Of a stretch of DNA of 24,734 nucleotides, positions 22,037 through 24,734 are shown piece by piece. The DNA is taken from positions 1 through 24,734 of the forward strand of contig JAFNRY010000119.1 of the NCBI GenBank assembly GCA_017385345.1, written 5' to 3'. A model generated the notes under the pieces. It was given only the letters and a program-made list of their open reading frames with translations, did no database searches and had not been told where the DNA came from. This stretch comes from Kiritimatiellia bacterium. Lineage in GTDB: Bacteria; Verrucomicrobiota; Kiritimatiellia; RFP12; UBA1067. The position numbers and the translations under genes were made by a program. Within the stretch, counting starts at the first letter, position 1; the number at the start of each line of letters is the position of its first letter.

Positions 22037-23918
22037 AAAACGCGGCGATTCTCACGTCGCCGGGGCCGCAAGGCAGGGCGAAGACGGTTTTGCCGCCTTC
22101 GTTTTTCTTGTCGCTCTTCATGAAGGGCCGGAGCGACTCGAACGCAACGCCTTCCGGGAGCGCAACAGGCAGGCCGGCGGCGGCGAAACGCTCCGCGAGC
22201 GAATCCGCCCAGCCCGCCTTTGCGAGGCCGAGGCGTTCGGCGAGGCGCGCCTCCTCGACGCATCCGATCGCGACGGCCGCGCCGTGGGAGATTCCGTAGC
22301 CGGTCGCCTTTTCGAGCGCGTGCGCGACGGTGTGGCCGCAGTTGAGCTTCGCGCGCTCCCCCGTCCTTTCCATCGGGTCGCTCCTCACTATTCCGATCTT
22401 CACGGCAAGATTGCGGCGTATCTCCTCCGCGTCCGGCGCGCGGGAGGCGTCGCCCGGCTCGAGGGCGCCGATTATCTCGTGCTTTATCATCTCCGCGCGC
22501 CCTTCGGCCATGCGTTCCGGCGGCAGAGTCTCCAGAAAGCCGGCGTCGATGACGACGCGGCGCGGCGGATGGAACGCGCCGGCGAGATTCTTGCCGGCGG
22601 GCAGGTCACACGCCGTCTTCCCGCCGTACGAGGCGTCCACCATCGAAAGCAGCGTCGTGGGAACGTTTATCCAGTCGATCCCCCTCATCCACGTCGCCGC
22701 GGCGAAGCCGGTCAGGTCGCCGGTCACGCCGCCTCCGACGGCGGTCACGCAGTCCTTGCGCCCGAGGCCGGCCTTCCCGAAAGCCTCCCACAGCCGCGCC
22801 ACCGTCGCGGGCGTCTTGTTCTCCTCGCCGGCCGGAAGGACGAACAGCGCCTTGCGGGCGATCGCCGGATGCAGGGCGGCGACGTTCGAATCGACGACTA
22901 TGTTCGGCAGCCCCGCGATGAACTCCTCGTCGATTCCGCCGCCGGGCCGCGCCGGCGCGAACTCCACGCCGCTCTCCTCAGCCAGCAGCGCGTCCAGCAC
23001 GGCGATCGCCGCCACCGCCTCGATCGCAGGCATCGCGCGCAGCGCTATGCAGGGATCGTGCCGCCCGCGCACCACAAGCTCCGTTTCCTCCATCTTCGCC
23101 AGATCAACGCTCCTCTGCGGCTTGTAGATCGAAGGCGTCGGTTTCATCGCCACGTGGAAGACTACATCCATCCCGCTCGCCATCCCGCCGAGGACGCCGC
23201 CGTGCCTGTTGGAGAGCGTGACCACCCTTCCGTCCCTGATCGCGAACGGATCGTTGTTCTCCGAGCCCTTGAGCGAGGCCGCGCCGAAGCCGTTGCCGAA
23301 CTCCACCCCCTTCACGCCGGGAACGCCGAACACGGCGAAGGCTATGGCGCCGTCCAGTCCGTCGAACATCGGCCCGCCGACGCCGGGGCGCAGGCCCTTG
23401 ACGGTGCATTCAATGACGCCGCCGACCGAATCGCCCTCCGCCTTCGCGGCCTGTATGTCGCCGACGGATTCCATCCTCGTCGAAACGGAAACGCCGCGCC
23501 TTGCGAGCTCCTGGATGCACAGCCCGCCCGCAATGCACATGGCGGCGGTCATCCTGCCGGAGTTCGCGCCGCCGCCGGGGGGTATGCGCCCCGTCTTCGC
23601 CCACGACGGCCAGTCCGCATGGCCGGGCCGCGGGACGGTCCTTTCGTAGTCGCCGCTGCGCGTGTCCGTGTTGGCGATGTACGCCTCGATCACGCCGCCC
23701 GTCGTCCTTCCGTCCGCCAGACCTATGGTGAAGACTGGAACGTCCGGCTCTCTTCTCGCGGTGGAGAGGGCGTCGCGTCCCGGAGCCCTGCGCTCCATGA
23801 AGGCCTGCAGCGCGGCGAGGTCCGCCGGGGCGCCGGCGGGAAAGCCTTCGAGCCTCATGCCGATGCGCGGGGCGTGCGATTCGCCGTATATGTCGAGTTT
23901 CAGTTTTTTCAGCGTCAT
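22035..23918 (-). CDS. aroC-aroB: Apparent bifunctional chorismate synthase (N-terminal) / 3-dehydroquinate synthase (C-terminal), 627 aa
   Basis: AroC motifs: GESH, RPGHAD, GDSVGG, VKGVEFG, KPTPSI, GRHDPC. AroB motifs: GEENK, GGGVTGD, PTTLLSMVDASYGGKT, KNLAGAF, EMIKH, LNCGHT, HGAAV. AAGGAG RBS; ATG overlaps the tyrA stop. Confidence 0.92.
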   Translation of the reverse strand: MTLKKLKLDIYGESHAPRIGMRLEGFPAGAPADLAALQAFMERRAPGRDALSTARREPDVPVFTIGLADGRTTGGVIEAYIANTDTRSGDYERTVPRPGHADWPSWAKTGRIPPGGGANSGRMTAAMCIAGGLCIQELARRGVSVSTRMESVGDIQAAKAEGDSVGGVIECTVKGLRPGVGGPMFDGLDGAIAFAVFGVPGVKGVEFGNGFGAASLKGSENNDPFAIRDGRVVTLSNRHGGVLGGMASGMDVVFHVAMKPTPSIYKPQRSVDLAKMEETELVVRGRHDPCIALRAMPAIEAVAAIAVLDALLAEESGVEFAPARPGGGIDEEFIAGLPNIVVDSNVAALHPAIARKALFVLPAGEENKTPATVARLWEAFGKAGLGRKDCVTAVGGGVTGDLTGFAAATWMRGIDWINVPTTLLSMVDASYGGKTACDLPAGKNLAGAFHPPRRVVIDAGFLETLPPERMAEGRAEMIKHEIIGALEPGDASRAPDAEEIRRNLAVKIGIVRSDPMERTGERAKLNCGHTVAHALEKATGYGISHGAAVAIGCVEEARLAERLGLAKAGWADSLAERFAAAGLPVALPEGVAFESLRPFMKSDKKNEGGKTVFALPCGPGDVRIAAF

Positions 23919-24734
23919 GTGGCGGTCTCCTTCTTTCGCGGATCCGCGGCGGCGGCCGTCGCCGCCGCGAGCGCCGCCTTCGCCGCCGCGCCCTCTTCGA
24001 GCATCGCGGCGAGACTCCGCGCGTCGCCGGCCTCTATCGCGCTTTTGAAATCCTCGAGCCTCGCAATGTACCGTCCCAGAACGCCGGCGAGCGGTTTCGC
24101 GTTCGCCAGGAACAGCTCCGTCCAGACGGCTGGATCGGGCGCGCCGACGCGCACCATGTCGCGGAAGCTGCCCGCGGAATAGCCGGGATGCAGAGGGGCG
24201 AGTCTGTCGCGGACGTACGCCGACGACATCAAGTGACAGAGCTGGCTCGTGAAGGAGATCATTTCGTCGTGGCGCTCCGGCGTGGTGCGGACGATGCGGC
24301 CGAAGCCGAGCGAGAGGAAGAACTCCGAGAGAGAGCGCATCGTCTCCTCCGGCGTCTGCGGATAGGGAACGAGAATCATCGAAGCGCCGTCGAAAAGCGA
24401 CTCGCACGAGTTGGCGTAGCCGGTTCTTTCCTTTCCGGCCATCGGGTGGCCGCCTACGAAGCGCCACCTGCCGGCGGCATACTTCGAAAGCGCCGCGCAC
24501 ACCGGCGACTTCACGCCGGCTATATCGACGACGGCCGCGCCGTCCTTCAGGGTTCCGCCCGCCGCGAGCGCCTCCACGGCGGGGACGACCGCCGACAGAG
24601 GCGTCGCCACCACAACGACGTCCGCGCCGGAGACGTCCGGCGACGGACCGCGCCCGGCGAAGATGCGCACGTCGTGCCCGGCCCTCCTCGCCGCCTTTTC
24701 CACCGACCCGCCGATCAGGCCGCGACCTATGACC
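23915..24734 (-). CDS. tyrA: Prephenate/arogenate dehydrogenase, 5'-truncated by the window edge
   Basis: The frame extends to the edge and reads VIGRGLIGGS (Rossmann motif); DIAGVK, FVGGHPMAGKE, HDEMISFTSQLCH and GSFRDMVRV. Confidence 0.93.
   Translation of the reverse strand, partial: VIGRGLIGGSVEKAARRAGHDVRIFAGRGPSPDVSGADVVVVATPLSAVVPAVEALAAGGTLKDGAAVVDIAGVKSPVCAALSKYAAGRWRFVGGHPMAGKERTGYANSCESLFDGASMILVPYPQTPEETMRSLSEFFLSLGFGRIVRTTPERHDEMISFTSQLCHLMSSAYVRDRLAPLHPGYSAGSFRDMVRVGAPDPAVWTELFLANAKPLAGVLGRYIARLEDFKSAIEAGDARSLAAMLEEGAAAKAALAAATAAAADPRKKETAT

Noticed and set aside
19974-23918. Functional clustering of tkt (erythrose-4-phosphate supply) with the shikimate operon
   Set aside because: The genes are convergent with a strong terminator between them; adjacency alone is not evidence.
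23919-24500. Apparent 821-aa triple-length ORF 22035..24500
   Set aside because: The first 194 codons are an off-frame reading of tyrA. The real start is ATG 23918, with an AAGGAG RBS and the AroC N-terminal motif.
1-24734. CRISPR array, rRNA, IS element, tmRNA or known riboswitch
   Set aside because: No regularly spaced repeats, rRNA signature, transposase motif, terminal inverted repeats or recognisable aptamer seen on reading both strands; an Rfam scan would be needed to exclude small RNAs fully.

Overview
A high-GC bacterial chromosomal window, most likely from the PVC superphylum. The PVC signature protein gene points to PVC; the VPEPTSG-type PEP-CTERM tail makes a Kiritimatiellia/Verrucomicrobiota organism my best guess (inference). 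Housekeeping genes: birA, a SurA/PrsA-like PPIase, recO, mtaB, aspS, adk, a frameshifted map, cmk, tRNA-Arg(CCT), tkt, an apparent aroC-aroB fusion and a partial tyrA. Accessory material: a COG3014 / LA_2272-repeat / CsgG-PEGA envelope cluster, a Phd-RelE toxin-antitoxin pair, and five uncharacterised secreted proteins, four of them in one run that ends in a lower-GC PEP-CTERM gene. Best leads: (1) two distant, diverged secreted paralogs that share an identical promoter layout, including a TCCCCC-N4-GGGGGA palindrome over the -35; (2) a recurring C-terminal F-[FYW]-x-R-type strand that may be a sorting or anchoring module parallel to PEP-CTERM; (3) the AroC-AroB fusion, whose junction carries a cryptic stop, RBS and start; (4) several housekeeping genes that look leaderless. 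No CRISPR array, rRNA, integrase or transposase was seen. All family calls are from motif recognition by eye; no searches were run.
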